Shown here: positions 38,961 to 51,883 of the stretch, one piece after another
Numbering within the stretch: position 1 is the stretch's first letter
How the letters are laid out: each line of letters begins with the position of its first letter
Assembly: GCF_964213995.1 (NCBI RefSeq)
Contig: NW_027590253.1
Span: forward strand, 310,001-374,000
From: Mustelus asterias
Lineage: Eukaryota
Reading direction: 5' to 3'
Length of the DNA stretch: 64,000 nt
Notes under the pieces: generated by a model
Databases searched by the model: none
Told to the model about the DNA's origin: nothing
The model's input: only the letters and a program-made list of their open reading frames with translations
Program-made: the position numbers and the translations under genes

Positions 38961-40957
38961 AGAGCATAGACAATAGAACATTACAGCGCAGTACAGGCCC
39001 TTCGGCCCTCGATGTTGCGCCGACCTGTGGGACCAATCTAAAGCCCCTCTAATCTACACTATTCCAATATCATCCAGATGTTTATCCAATAACCACTTGA
39101 ACGCTCTCAACGTTGACGAGTCCACCACTGCTGCAGGCAGGGCATTCCACGCCCTTACTACTCTCTGAGTAAAGAACCTACCGCTAACATCTGTCCTATA
39201 TCTCTCACCCCTCAATTTAAAGCTATGTCCCCTCGTGCTAGCCAACACCATCCGAGGAAAAAGGCTCTCACTATCCACCCTATCTAATCCTCTGATCATC
39301 TTGTATGCCTCTATTAAGTCACCTCTTAACCTTCTTCTCTCTAATGAAAACAACCTCAAGCCCCTCAGCCTTTCCTCATACGAATTTCCCACCATACCAG
39401 GCAACATCCTGGTAAATCTCCTCTGCACCCTTTCCAACACTCCCACATCTTTCCTATAATGCGGCGACCAGAACTGTACGCAATACTCCAACTGCGGCCG
39501 CACCAGAGTTTTGTACAGTTGCAGCGTGACCTCCTGGCTCCGAAACTCAATCCCTCTACCAATAAAAGCTAACACACCGTACGCCTTCTTAACAACCCTA
39601 TCAACCTGGGTGCCAACTTTCAGGGATCTATGCACATGGACACCCAGATCCCTCTGTTCATCCACACTACCAAGTATCTTACCATTAGCCCAGTACTCTG
39701 TATTCCTGTTACTCCTTCCAAAGTGAATCACCTCACACTTTTCCGCATTAAACTCCATTTGCCACCTCTCAGCCCAGCTCTGCAGCTTATCTATGTCCCT
39801 CTGTAACCTGCCACTTCCCTCCGCACTGTCTACAACTCCACCGACTTTAGTGTCATCCGCAAATTTACTAATCCATCCTTCCACGCCCTCATCCAAGTCA
39901 TTAATAAAAATGACAAACAGCAGTGGCCCCAAAACAGATCCTTGCGGTACACCGCTAGTAACTGAACTCCAGGATGAATATTTCCCATCAACCACCACCC
40001 TCTGTTTTCTTACAGCTAGCCAATTCCTGATCCAAACCACTAAATCACCCTCAATCCCATTTGTCTGTATTTTCTGCAAAAGCTTACCATGGGGAACCTT
40101 ATCAAACGCTTTGCTGAAATCCATATACACCACATCAACCGCTTTACCCTCATCCACCTCTTTGGTCACCTTCTCAAAGAACTCAATAATGTTTGTGAGG
40201 CACGACCTACCCTTCACAAAATCGTGCTGACTATCCCTAATCAAATTATTCCTTTCTAGGTGATTATAAATCCTATCTCTTATAATCCTTTCCAATACTT
40301 TACCCACAACAGAAGTAAGGCTCACCGGTCTATAATTACCAGGGTTGCCCCTACTCCCCTTCTTGAACAAGGGGACAACATTTGCTATCCTCCAGTCTTC
40401 TGGCACTGTTCCTGTAGGCAATGACGACACAAAGATCAAAGCCAAAGGCTCTGCAATGTCCTCTCTAGCCTCCCAGAGAATCAAAGGATAAATCCCATCC
40501 GGCCCAGGGGACTTATCTATTTTTACCCTTTCCAGAATTGCTAATTCCTCCTCCTTATGAACATCAATACCATCCAGTCCAACAGCCTGCATCTCAGTAC
40601 TCCCCTCAACAACACTGTCCCTCTCCAGTATGAATACCGACGAAAAATATTCATTTAGTGTCTCTCCTATCTCTTCAGACTCCACGCACAACTTCCCACT
40701 CCTGTCCTTGACTGGCCCTAATCTTACCCTAGTCATTCTTTTACTCCTGACATACCTATAGAACGATTTAGGGTTTTCCTTGATCCTACCTGCCAAAGAC
40801 TTCTCATGTCCCCTCCTGGCTCTTCTTAACTCTTTGTTTAGGTCCTTCCTGGCTAACGTGTAACTCTCAAGCGCCCTAATTGAGCCTTCGCGTCTCATCT
40901 TAACATAAGTCTCCTTCTTCCTCTTCACAAGAGATTCAACCTCCTTAGTAAACCTCT
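38961..40957 (-). mobile_element. CR1 LINE with uninterrupted 624-aa partial ORF2, nested in an older CR1 fragment (~38750-41460)
   Basis: ORF 39054-40928 with full RT motifs; cctct on both flanks; older CR1 sequence resumes on either side. Confidence 0.95.
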
Positions 40958-42685
40958 GAGTGAAAATATTTCACCTCATCTCCGTTCTAAATGGGTGACC
41001 ACTTACTTTTAAACAGCGGACCCGAGTTCCTGTGTGTGCAACAAGTAGAAACATCCTCTCTACATCCACTTTGTCAGGACCCCTCGGGATCTTATATATT
41101 TTAGTCAAGTCAACCCTCATGCTGCTAAATTCCAACAGATAGAGTTTACCCTATCTCACCTTTCATCATAAAACAGCCCACCCATTCCAGGTAGTAGAAT
41201 GATAAACTTTCTCTGAATACATTTACAGATTTTTTGAAAAAGTTGCTAATACCATACACTGTACAGCAAAATAGTCTCACTCGTGCCTTGCAGAGCTGAA
41301 ACATTATCGTGGTACTTTTGTACTTAATTCCCCTCACATCAAGTGATAACAATCTGTTAGTTTACCTCATTATTTGATGTACCTGCCTAATAGCCTTTAG
41401 CGTTTCATGCACTCGGACACTCACATTCCTCTGCTCCTCAGAGCTCTGGAATATCTCGTCATTTAGATAGTATGCTTCATTCTCACAAAATGGAAAATTT
41501 GATTTCATTTTGTCATCTAAAGCTCATCGGAATTCTGCATCTGTGGGCCAGAATGCGAGAAACAAAATAGCAAGTCTGGAAGCATTTGTGGATCGATCAT
41601 TGAAACTCATATTTCATGTCCATGACCTTTCACATTGATTCTAGGGCACTCAGAGACAAATGCTTGCAAAAGGGTCCTTCCAACTCGAAGAAATACTCCA
41701 CCCAATGTTGCCAGCTCCACTGTCTTGAACAGGGGTTTGATGGATATAAGGAAATCATAAATAACCTTGACAATGCTTAGTGGGAAGTGAACGTTCCAAT
41801 ATGCAGTTACATTGCACTTCATAACTTGCTTTGTCGAAGTACAATTCGGTGGAAAACCATAACCATGCGGCAGAGAAATTGATCCATCATTCGAATCAGA
41901 AAGTGCCATTCCAGACTAGGGGGCTGAAATAAATCTAGGGGTACTCGATATGGCTCAAAGTAACAAGAGATTTGTTGCCAAGAATATATAAGTATTTACA
42001 ACAGAAGCTCAAATAAAATCTATGATGTAGATATGATTTCGAAGGATCTTAACATACAATCACATCAAGTGAACAGTGAGGAAAATAATGCAACTCTCCT
42101 CCCAGTCTCATGGGGCAATGGGCTGCGAGCAACTAAAGGGAGGGTGATGGACAACGAACGGACCAGAGACACAGAAATGTCAATTTCATACATGCGTTTG
42201 GCAGCAATGAGAAATGATCAGATTTCAACAGGAGGAAAGCTACGGTAATTATTCCGTGCAGCCATGTAGTGAATGAGATCCAATACTTCTCGCATTTGTG
42301 GCGTGTCGGAATTGGGAGCGCTCGGTGCAAGACTTGGGCGAGTGCAGGTACATTTCCGATTTGATTTGATTTGATTTATTATTGTCACATTTATTGGTGT
42401 GCAGTGAAAAGTACAGTTTCTTGCGCGCTGTACAGATAAAGCATACCGTTCATAGAGCACAAAGGGGAGAAGGGAAGGAATGGGTCCAGAATGTAGTGTT
42501 ACAGTCAGAGATACGGCGTCGAGAAAGACCAGATTAATACATAGTTAGTCCATTCAAAAGTCTGATGGCAGAAAGGAAGAAGCTTGTACTTCCCTACTAA
42601 ACAGTTTTTTCTTTGACAAATTACGCAGCATGAATTGAACGCCCGTGGAATAAACTTGGGTTTGAGGGAAGGGCTAATATTGCTG

Positions 42686-42691
42686 TTTATT
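42686..42691 (-). promoter_or_regulatory. Polyadenylation signal of secretory IgH transcript
   Basis: AATAAA ~25 nt after the tailpiece stop codon. Confidence 0.65.
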
Positions 42692-42716
42692 TAAGTGAAA
42701 TGTAACCGACTGTTTC

Positions 42717-43108
42717 TCATTCACATGAATTGATGATGTCTGTCAGTGCAAGGGCAATGTTCACAAAACTAGGTTTACCGCTGGATTTATCAACTGTTCT
42801 GTTGATGATCTTCAAGGGGATGGCTTCATGTCCCACCACACAGGAGTAAGAAGCGCCGCTGGCCCACTCCTCCGCTGCAATGGATAACAGGCTGTACATG
42901 AAGAATGAGCTATTGCCATTCTTCCCCATCACCTGGGTGTTCCTGTAGTTCCCAGGATTCACCGGCTGACAATTGACGGTCCACTTGACAAAGATCTCTC
43001 GGGGGGAGAAACCTCTCACAAAGCAACTGAGGTAGACGAATCTCGGAGCGGAGACTTCTTCTGCCGAGGGCAGGAGGACAGAGACGGACGGTGCACGAGG
43101 ATTTGGAT
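42717..43108 (-). CDS. IgM CH4 domain + secretory tailpiece exon
   Basis: ttttctgcag acceptor; [13 protein letters not shown]...[17 protein letters not shown]...[11 protein letters not shown]...[25 protein letters not shown]. Confidence 0.93.
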
Positions 43109-43570
43109 CTGCAGAAAATGCAAAATAAATGTCAATAAACTGGAGAATTCCAGAAGTAGTGAAAGAGGTTGACAAGTGTGAGAGGAATCCGTGTTCTCCT
43201 GAATGTAGAATATTTTCCTTGTCCCCTTTGCATTGTGACCCTGCTCGGAGTACGGACCAGTGCCGTCATTCTCTCCGAAATCTGCGAGTTGGACTTGAAA
43301 GTTGGATAGAAATGGCAGCAGAGAAACAGGCCGTTCCGCCCCAGTGCTTAGTCTCCACAATTTTTTCGACTAGTATTCGACCCTTGTATTCTTTTTCTCT
43401 TTCGCTACCTTGCACAATTTTCCCTGAAACCTATGCCCTGCATATTCAAAGGTTTTGGTTCGTGGCATTATCAATTATCAGTGTGATCCACTAAAACAAC
43501 AAAAAAAAACAATGTTCTTTCCACCAGCGTAGGGGAGAGGCACAGGCACCATTTTAATCTCACGTCTCAC

Positions 43571-43879
43571 CTTCTTTCTTGTGGATGAAATTGCTTAAAT
43601 CAAACGGCAGATCCGGATGACTCACCGCACAATCAAACTCAGCCCCACTTTGCCAGGCTACTGTCGAGATGTTTAAATTGCTGACAACGCTGAAAGGATC
43701 CTCTCCAGGTATTTCGGCAACCTCTGAATTCAGAAGCTTCTTTTCTCGAATCCAGGACACGTTGACTCCATAAGGAGCATCAGAAATTACGCAGGTTAAG
43801 GTCACGGTCGCCTCCAGTGAGACCTGTTCCATTGGTGGTGGCAGTATCATCACTGTGGCATCAGGATATCGGGGAGGAT
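43571..43879 (-). CDS. IgM CH3 domain exon
   Basis: ttcattcacag acceptor, G|GTGAG donor; [32 protein letters not shown]...[18 protein letters not shown] matches shark C-mu-3. Confidence 0.9.
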
Positions 43880-44702
43880 CTGTGAATGAAAGAAATGAAC
43901 ATCAACCCAAGTTCCGTCTTCAGAATCAGGACAGCAATGTTCAGCATTTAGTCTCTAAATAAAAATAAATCAACTTCGAAATTTCAACGTGTATCAACGT
44001 TTATGTTCCATATTTAATGGAAAACAAACTTGGTCAGTACTCAAAGTCGCTTTATAGAGTGGATACACTTTCCAACGCTGTATCACAACGCTATTACCAG
44101 TAAACGGCACGAGACATCTATGGGATATGGCGTGTCTTGCGAGGCCAGCATTTATTGCCCATCCCAAATGCCCTTGAGAAAATGGTAGAGAGCTGCCTTC
44201 TAGATCCAATGGAGCCTAGGTGCTGCACGGCCACCCACAATGTTCTTAGGGGTGAAGTGAAGGATCAGCGATATATTTGTAAGTCAGGATGGTGAGTGGC
44301 TTGGAGGCAACATCCAGGAGGTGGTTCTCCTCCTGTCCTTGTCTTCCCTGAGGGCAGTTGACGTGGGTTCAGAAAGTTCTGTCCAAGGAGGCTTGGTGAG
44401 TCCCTGCTGCGCATCTTGCAGATGATACACACGGCTGCCACTGTGCAGCAGCGTGGAGGAACAAAATATTTGTGAAATGGTTGCCAATGAAGCGGCCTGG
44501 ATAATGCTCAGCTTCTTGAGCGTTGTTAGAGCTCCACTCATCGAGGCAAGTTGATAACGTGTGAAACTCACTCACTGAATGGCAGCAAACTAGAATGAAA
44601 CTGTCTTTGCTGATGTGATGAAATTTTGAATGGTGAGCAACCCGAATGTATCTCTTACATCATAATGAAACGCAGATTACATGAGTGAAAATTAGAAGTT
44701 AG

Positions 44703-45625
44703 GTGCTTTTTATCAACTTCAGTGAGTCCGTGGTTATGATTAACATTAAAAGGTTCGTCATTGCAAGAATCAATTCCGGCCTCCCAGGCTTCCTGGATCC
44801 ACGACAGTTCGCCGACGGCCGCAACAGGTCCATAGCAGACGCCATGTCCCTGGCCCTGAACCCAACCCTCGAAGAGTTAGATAACAACGACACCTATGTC
44901 AGGCTCCAATTTATCGAACACATCTCAGCCTTCAATACCATTATTCCTACGTAAACTCTTCTCCAAACTCCGTGGCCTGGGGATCGGCTTGTCGCTCTGT
45001 GACTGAATCTTGAACTTCCTAACCCACAGACCGCAATCAGTAAGGATAGGCAACAACACCATCTCAACGATCATCCTCAACACCAGTGTCCCACGAGGCT
45101 GTTTCCTCACCCACTTGCTATATACCCCTTATACGCCTCTGACTGTGTGGCCAAATTCTCCTCCAACTCGATTTTCAAATTTGCTGATGACACCACCAAA
45201 GTGGGCTGGATCTCAAATAGCGACGAGACAGAGTACAGGGAAGAGCTGGCGAATCTGATGAAGTGGTGCGACGAGAGTAACCTCCCCCTCAATGTCAACA
45301 AAACGAAGGAGATGGTCATCGACTTCAGGAAGGACAGTGGAGGACATGACCCTGTCCACGTCAAAGGTGACGAAATAGAAATTGTCGAAAGCTTCATGTT
45401 TTTAGGTGTCCAGATCACCAGCAACCTGTCGTGATCCCTCCATGGCTACGCTGTATTTAAGAAAGCACCAACGCCTCTACTTTCATAAAAGACTACGGAT
45501 ATTTGGCATGTCTGCTACGACTTTCACCAACTTTTACAGATGCACTGTAGAAAGCATTCTTCCTGGTTGTATCACAGCTTTGTGGGGCCTGCGCTCTGTC
45601 CAAGACCGCAAGAAACTACAAAGCC
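44703..45625 (+). mobile_element. Rex1/Babar-type LINE RT fragment, decayed
   Basis: LDPRQFA...NRS.ADA, SAFNTIIP, FKFADDTT, LNVNKTKEMVIDFRK across frameshifted ORFs. Confidence 0.85.
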
Positions 45626-45970
45626 CAGTTCATTGGAAGTAAGTGTTCATTTAGAAGAGGCAATAAAGAAGGCAAACTATATGTTGGCTTTCAAGGTAAA
45701 GAGGATTTGCGTATATTTTTCTCAATCAATCACACTTTCTACAATAGAATAGATAGATTTGCTAGTTGTCACTTGAGAGCCGAAGCCTGGCCTTGCTTCA
45801 TTTATGATGTGGAGATGCCGGCGTTGGACTGGGGTAAACACAGTAAGAAGTCTCACAACACCAGGTTAAAGTCCAACAGGTTTATTTTGTAGCAAAATCC
45901 ACTAGCTTTCGGGACCTGCTCCTTCATCAGGTGTCATCCTCCATCATTCCCCACACCCCTACGTCTTGCT

Positions 45971-46259
45971 CGGCTTGGGTCGGGTCACTGTCTGTGTGGA
46001 GTTTGCACATTCTCCTCGTGTCTGCGTGGGTTTCCTCCGGGTGCTCCGGTTTCCTCCCACAGTCCAAAGATGTGCGGGTTAGGTTGATTGGCCAGGTTAA
46101 AAAAAAAATTGCCCCTTAGAGTCCTGGGATGAGTAGGTTAGAGGGATTAGCGGGTAAAATATGTGGGGGTAGGGCCTGGGTGGGATTGTGGTCGGTGCAG
46201 ACTCGATGGGCCGAATGGCCTCCTTCTGCACTGTAGGGTTTCTATGATGATTTCTATGA
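45971..46259 (+). mobile_element. HE1-type SINE, 5'-truncated, nested in the Penelope ORF
   Basis: Near-identical to the body and tail of 15557-15899. Confidence 0.9.
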
Positions 46260-46981
46260 TTGCCTTCAAACAACCACACAACCTCAAACAGACCATTGTC
46301 CGCAGCAAACTATCCAGCATTCGGGAGAACAGTGACCACGACACCACACAACCCTGCCTCAGCAACCTCTGCAAGACGTGCCGGATCATCGACACGGATG
46401 CCATCATCTCACGGGAGAACACCATCCGCCAGGTACACGGTACATACACTTGCAACGCGGCCAACGTTGTTCACCTGATACGCTGCAGGAAAGGATGTCC
46501 CGAGGCGTGGTACATTGGGGAGACCATGCAGACGCTACGACAACGGATGAATGAACACCGCTCGACAATCACCAGGCAAGAGTGTTCTCTTCCTGTTGGA
46601 GAACACTTAAGCATTCACGGGCATTCGGCCTCTGATCTTCGGGTAAGCGTTCTCCAAGGCGGCCTTCATGACACACGACAACGCAGAGTCGCTGAGCAGA
46701 GACTGATAGCCAAATTCTGCAACCATGAGGACGGCCTTAACCGGGATCTCGGGTTCATGTCACACTACCTGTAACCCCCACGACGTGTCTGGGCTTGCAA
46801 GATCTCACTAACTGTCCTGGCTGGAGACAATACACATCTCTTTAACCTGCTAAACCCTCTCTCCACTCACATTATCTGTACCTTTAAGACTTGATTACCT
46901 GTAAAGACTCGCATTCCAACCATTATTTTGTAAATTGAGTTTGTGTCTTTATATGCCCTGTTTGTGAACTGAAATCCCGCT

Positions 46982-47016
46982 CACCTGAGGGAGGAGCAGC
47001 GCTCCGAAAGCTAGTG
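46982..47016 (+). ncRNA. Hammerhead-like motif in Penelope terminal repeat (core variant)
   Basis: cac-CTGAGGG-A-GGAGC-AGC-GCTCC-GAAA-GC-TA-gtg; A9 position is G. Confidence 0.55.
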
Positions 47017-47761
47017 GCTTTTGCTACCAAATAAACCTGTTAGATTTTAACCTGGTGTTGTGAGACTTGTTACCTTGCTTCATTTAGCCATAGACTGCTT
47101 CAGTGTCTCTGCATTTGCAAATGGTGCTGAACATTGCACAATCATTGGAGAACATCCCGCCTACTGACCCTATGATGGACGGAAGGTCCCGAGGACCTCC
47201 TGTAGTGATGTCCTGGAACCTGAGTTGATTGACATCAAGCAACTGAAACTGTATTTTTTGCAAGGTCTGCCTCCAATCAGTGACGTATAATCCCCTGATT
47301 CCCACTGGCTGCAGTTTTGCGAGGGTTCTTTGACGCCACACTCGTTCAAATCACACCTTGATGTCAAGGGCAGCCATGCACATCTGTGTTTTAGACTTTG
47401 TGCAATAAATCTCATCATCACGTTATTTTGCAATTTGATCCCTTTGTAATGTCTGTTGCCCACGATAAAAGGAAAATGGAAAAATGCCCACATTTTAAAA
47501 CGGAGAAATGCAGAACTTGAGAAATTATAGACCAGTTAAGTTGAAACAGGAGCACCTGGAGGAAACCCATCCAGACATGGGGAGAAAGTGCAAACTCCAC
47601 ACAGTCAAGTTATGTTAATAATAATTGAATAATTTATTTGAAATTTAAACGCTATTCATTTCAAACTCGCATTGATTTCATTGTACCAAGATGAAACATT
47701 TTCTTGAACTGATCAGTTTGTTTAAGAAAGCATTTGTTTCTAAATTGATTGAGGTGCACTT

Positions 47762-48088
47762 AGAATCATAGAATCCCTACAGTGCAGAAAGAGGCCATTC
47801 GGCCCATCGAGTCTGCACCGACCACAATCCCACCCAGGCCCTACCCCCACATATTTTACCCGCTAATCCCTCCAACCTACACATCTCAGGGGCAATTTTT
47901 AACCTGGCCAATCAACCTAACCCGCACATCTTTGGACTGTGGGAGGAAACAGGAGGACCCGGAGGAAACCCACGCAGACACGAGGAGAATGCGCAAACTC
48001 CACACAGACAGTGACCCGAGCCGAGAATCGAACCGGGGACCTTAGAGCTGTGAAGCAGCAGTGCTAACCACTGTGCTACCGTGCCGCC
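47762..48088 (-). mobile_element. HE1-type SINE, full length
   Basis: Reverse complement of the 15557 element; (GATTCTAT)n tail. Confidence 0.9.
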
Positions 48089-48199
48089 ACTTAAACGTTC
48101 TCCCGAACTGATGGGATTTTGCATTCACTGAAATGACATTAAATTACTCCACTGGGAAAGATCTGTTATGCTGAAATGATTCGCACTAATATGAGCAAT

Positions 48200-49436
48200 C
48201 ATAGAGAACATAAGAGACCATTCGATACATCGAGTCCACAGCGACACTTTAGGGTCACCTAACCTCCCCCCTAATCCCATTTGCCAGAACTTAGCCTACA
48301 GCTCTGCATGTTAAGATGTGCCAAGTGCTCATCCAGATGCTTTTTAATGGATGTGAGGCAACCCGCTTCTACTACCCTCCCAGGCAGCAAATTCCAGACC
48401 ATCACAACCCACTGGGTAAAAATCGTTTTCCCCACGTTCGCCTCAACCTCCTGCTTCGCACGTTGAACCTCTGTCCCTCGGACGGACCCTTCAACTAAGG
48501 GGAGCAGCTGCTCCCTATCCACTCTATCCATGTCCCATAATCCTGTACACTCCATCAGGTCGCCCCTCAGTCTTCTCTGCTCGACTGAAAACAACTCAAG
48601 CCTACGCAACATCTCTTCATAACTTAAATGTTCTATCCAAGGCAGCATCGTGGTGAATCTCCTCTGTACCCTCTCCAGTGCAGTCACATCCTTCCAAACT
48701 ATACACAACACACCAGCTGTGGCCTCACCAAAGTTCTATACAACTCCAACATGACTTCCCTGTTTTTGTACTCTATGCCTCGATTGATAAAGGTAAGTGT
48801 CCCACATGTGTTTTTCACCACCCTACTAACATGCCCTTCTGCTTTCAGAGATTTGTGGACAAACGGCCTTGTGTCGTACTATTCATTTAATGCTTTCTTG
48901 TCAAATTACTCCTTCCAAAGTGTATCACCTCACAATTTTCATGGTTAAATTTAATCTGTCACTTATCTGCCCATTTCACCATTCCATCTATGTAGTCTTG
49001 TAGGCCAAGACACCCCGCCTCACTGCTAACCACCTGTCCAGTCTTTGTCTCATCCACAAATTTACTAATCGTACCCTCCACATAGTTACCAATGTCATTT
49101 ATGTAAGTGGCAAACAATTCGCACCCTAAGATAGATCCCTGTGGTACGCCACTGGACATTGGCTTCCAGTCACTACAGCAGCCTTCTGTCATCGCCCTCT
49201 GTCTCCGACAAATGAGTCAATTTTGAATGCACTTGATTGAATCACCTCGTATCCCATGTGAATTTATGTTCATTGCAAGTCTCCCATGTGGGGTCTTGTC
49301 GAAGGTTTTGCTGAAGTCCATGGAAACTCCATCGGCTTCACTACCCTGTTCACCTCCTTGAAAAAGTAATCAAATACTTTCGGCATGACCTCCTTCTGAC
49401 GAAGCCATGCTGACTAACTTTGGCCAGCTTCTCCAA
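48200..49436 (-). mobile_element. Decayed CR1 LINE
   Basis: ORFs 48271-48711 and 48959-49192 with ALERVQRRF and SGVPQGSILG. Confidence 0.85.
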
Positions 49437-49715
49437 GCGGCACGGTGGCACGGTGGGTAGCAGTGCTGCCTCACGGTGCCAGATACCCGGGTTCGTTTCC
49501 TGGCTTGGGTCACTGTCTGTGTGGAGTTTGCACGTTCTCCCTGTGCCTGCGTGGGTTTCCTCCGGGTGCTCCGATTTGATCCCACAGTCTGAAAGGCGTG
49601 CTAATTAAGTACATTGACCCGAACAGGCGATAGAGTGTGGCGACTAGGGAAATTATCACAGTAAATACATTGCAGTGTTAATATAAGCCTTACTTGCGAC
49701 TAATAAATAAAGTTT
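49437..49715 (+). mobile_element. tRNA-derived SINE with alternative 3' tail
   Basis: HE1-like head; tail cattgcagtgttaatataagcc...actaataaataaa as in 842-1133. Confidence 0.8.
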
Positions 49716-51883
49716 TAAAAAAAACTTTAACTTCAAGTGAAGATAAATGCCCTCCTTCAGAAGCTGCAGGTTAATTTTCTTGATACCTGATTTATAAAGT
49801 ATGAAAACAAAACACTGTTTAATGATTCCAAAAAGTGTTCTGCTTTGTACTTCATGTAACAATTGGGTTAAAATAAGCTAACACGACACTTAGCTGTTGT
49901 TTTAGAACCAATTTCAAATTATCAGATGGAAACACTCACACATCCATATTATATTTAATTAAGTCTAATCTAATTTTACCAATTTGAAATGAGTCATATC
50001 TCCGAATGCCTAATTTATCCATAAACGTATAAACTCTCTACGTTTTTAAATGCATCATATCCTCAGTGATTATTTTCCATGTTGAATTTACGAGTGGGAC
50101 GTTTTAGGACTTTTCAAATCTGTCTGGAATCACACTGCACTAACATGATGGGCAGTAACATCACCTCGTCCCTGAAGTAGGACTCCCTGGATTACTATAA
50201 TGAAACTCCAATATGATAGGTAAACATAATACTTAACTTTAATAACTTAGTTTTTCTTTCATATTTTCTCTGGTGATTCGTACAATCGACGAAAATGTAT
50301 TTTAAATACTTTTGTTTATGGACAGAATATGCAAAAATGATAAACTTAATGAGAAAAAAGTGATTGAGGTAATCTGCAACATTGAAAAGTAATGATCAAA
50401 TCGAGTTGAGTTTCTGTTGTTCCAATTAATATTTAATGGGAATTATGAATAAGGTCTAGCTATTATCTGTTTTTCTGCTGTAAATCTACTCTCTGTACAG
50501 GACAGTGATGTGAGACAACATTTTGTTCTTAAACTCATAACTTAAGTTAGCTTTTAAAAATTATATTCATTGTTTGAAGCCATGCTTTGATTTGTCAGTG
50601 TTTAATCATATAAAATATGAGCCGTCCTACAATTTAAATAAAATCGTTTGATAAATTCCTCGACTGCCAGCGATGTTCACTACTCAGAAGTCTGCCTCAG
50701 ATTGGAGGAATGGCAATTATGTCGCTATCCAAATAGCAAGAACAGCGAAGGAATAAAAATACCAAAAATGTATTAACTGCATACATATGTTGCCAAACAT
50801 GTGTTAAACTGCTGCTTTGGTAAATGAAAACTTCAAGTCATCTGTTTTCATCAGGGATACAATTATTTCCAATCCACTTGTAAAACTTAACACTGCTGTT
50901 GACGCAGTATCTTCTTGTTGAAATAATTTGAACCATAATCCAAAAAAAAAATTCTAGCAGTGTTGATCGTATGCAGAGCGCTGCAAAATTGTGATAGAGT
51001 TAAATTACCATGAAAGCATATTTAGTTAAAGTATATTGCAGCCACATAATATTATGAGTTGTCATGAATTTGCTCTACAATTTCCAAACAAGTTATTAAT
51101 TCTGCGATAGCAGTAATAAGTTGTTCCGAATGAGCGTCATACACCATGAATTAGTTGAATCACCAGTTGCAACAAAAATAAAGAAATACATTAAAAATAT
51201 ATAGTTTAATTTCTGAAGTCTGCCTGTTCTCTGCCTACAAACACGTTTCCAAAAGTTTCAGATCAATAGAGGGATGGAATCCAAAAGATGTAACTGCTCA
51301 GTGCCACTGAGTTTAAACAATGCCGAAACGACAAAGCGTTTCACAAGTTTTAACATTTCAAAGTCACCCAGAAACAATCTCCTCAACAGCAAAAACATAA
51401 ATCGCATCACTCAGTGGACTTAACCGCATGCAGAGAGAAACAGCTCAATTCTACAAACAGACAAACAGAATCAAATGCAACATTGCAAAAAAATCTCAAT
51501 ATAAAATGCAGCAAAACAACTCATCATTACGTAATAAATTAAAGGTTAAACTGAACATCTTTATGGGAGAATTGCAACTGAATTCAGCATAGTTGGATCA
51601 AACTAAATAAATAAATTCATATTAAGCAAATACATATCGAAATTTTAGCACATTTTTCAGCTTGTGTCATACTTCAAACATGATAAAATCTGCAGCGATT
51701 AGATGTCATCGAAAATAAACATTTTTGTAACGTCCAACTGTTTAAAAGATTTCATGTATTTGAAGTTAGCCGGTCACACAGCTGCATATCAACAGCAAAT
51801 CACAACAAGAGGGGACTGGATCCCTCAGCTAAAACATTTGTCAAGAAACAGCGGAATTCTGCATCCCTTTTTGAGTAGAACCT

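Larger units (their letters stand above)
45805..47072 (+). mobile_element. Penelope-like element 3' portion with inverted 5' terminal repeat and 14-bp TSD
   Basis: GIY-YIG ORF end 46260-46774; inverted repeats ~45845-45933 and ~46982-47070; ccttgcttcattta at 45791-45804 and 47073-47086. Confidence 0.92.

Noticed and set aside
39235-40230. Long antisense ORFs over CR1 elements (also 4638, 9959, 33338)
   Set aside because: Shadow frames of the RT coding sequence.
41607-41909. Minus-strand ORF as a candidate IgM transmembrane exon (...SIVK|GT)
   Set aside because: No WTTxSTF/FxxLFxLSxxY motif and no continuous hydrophobic helix.
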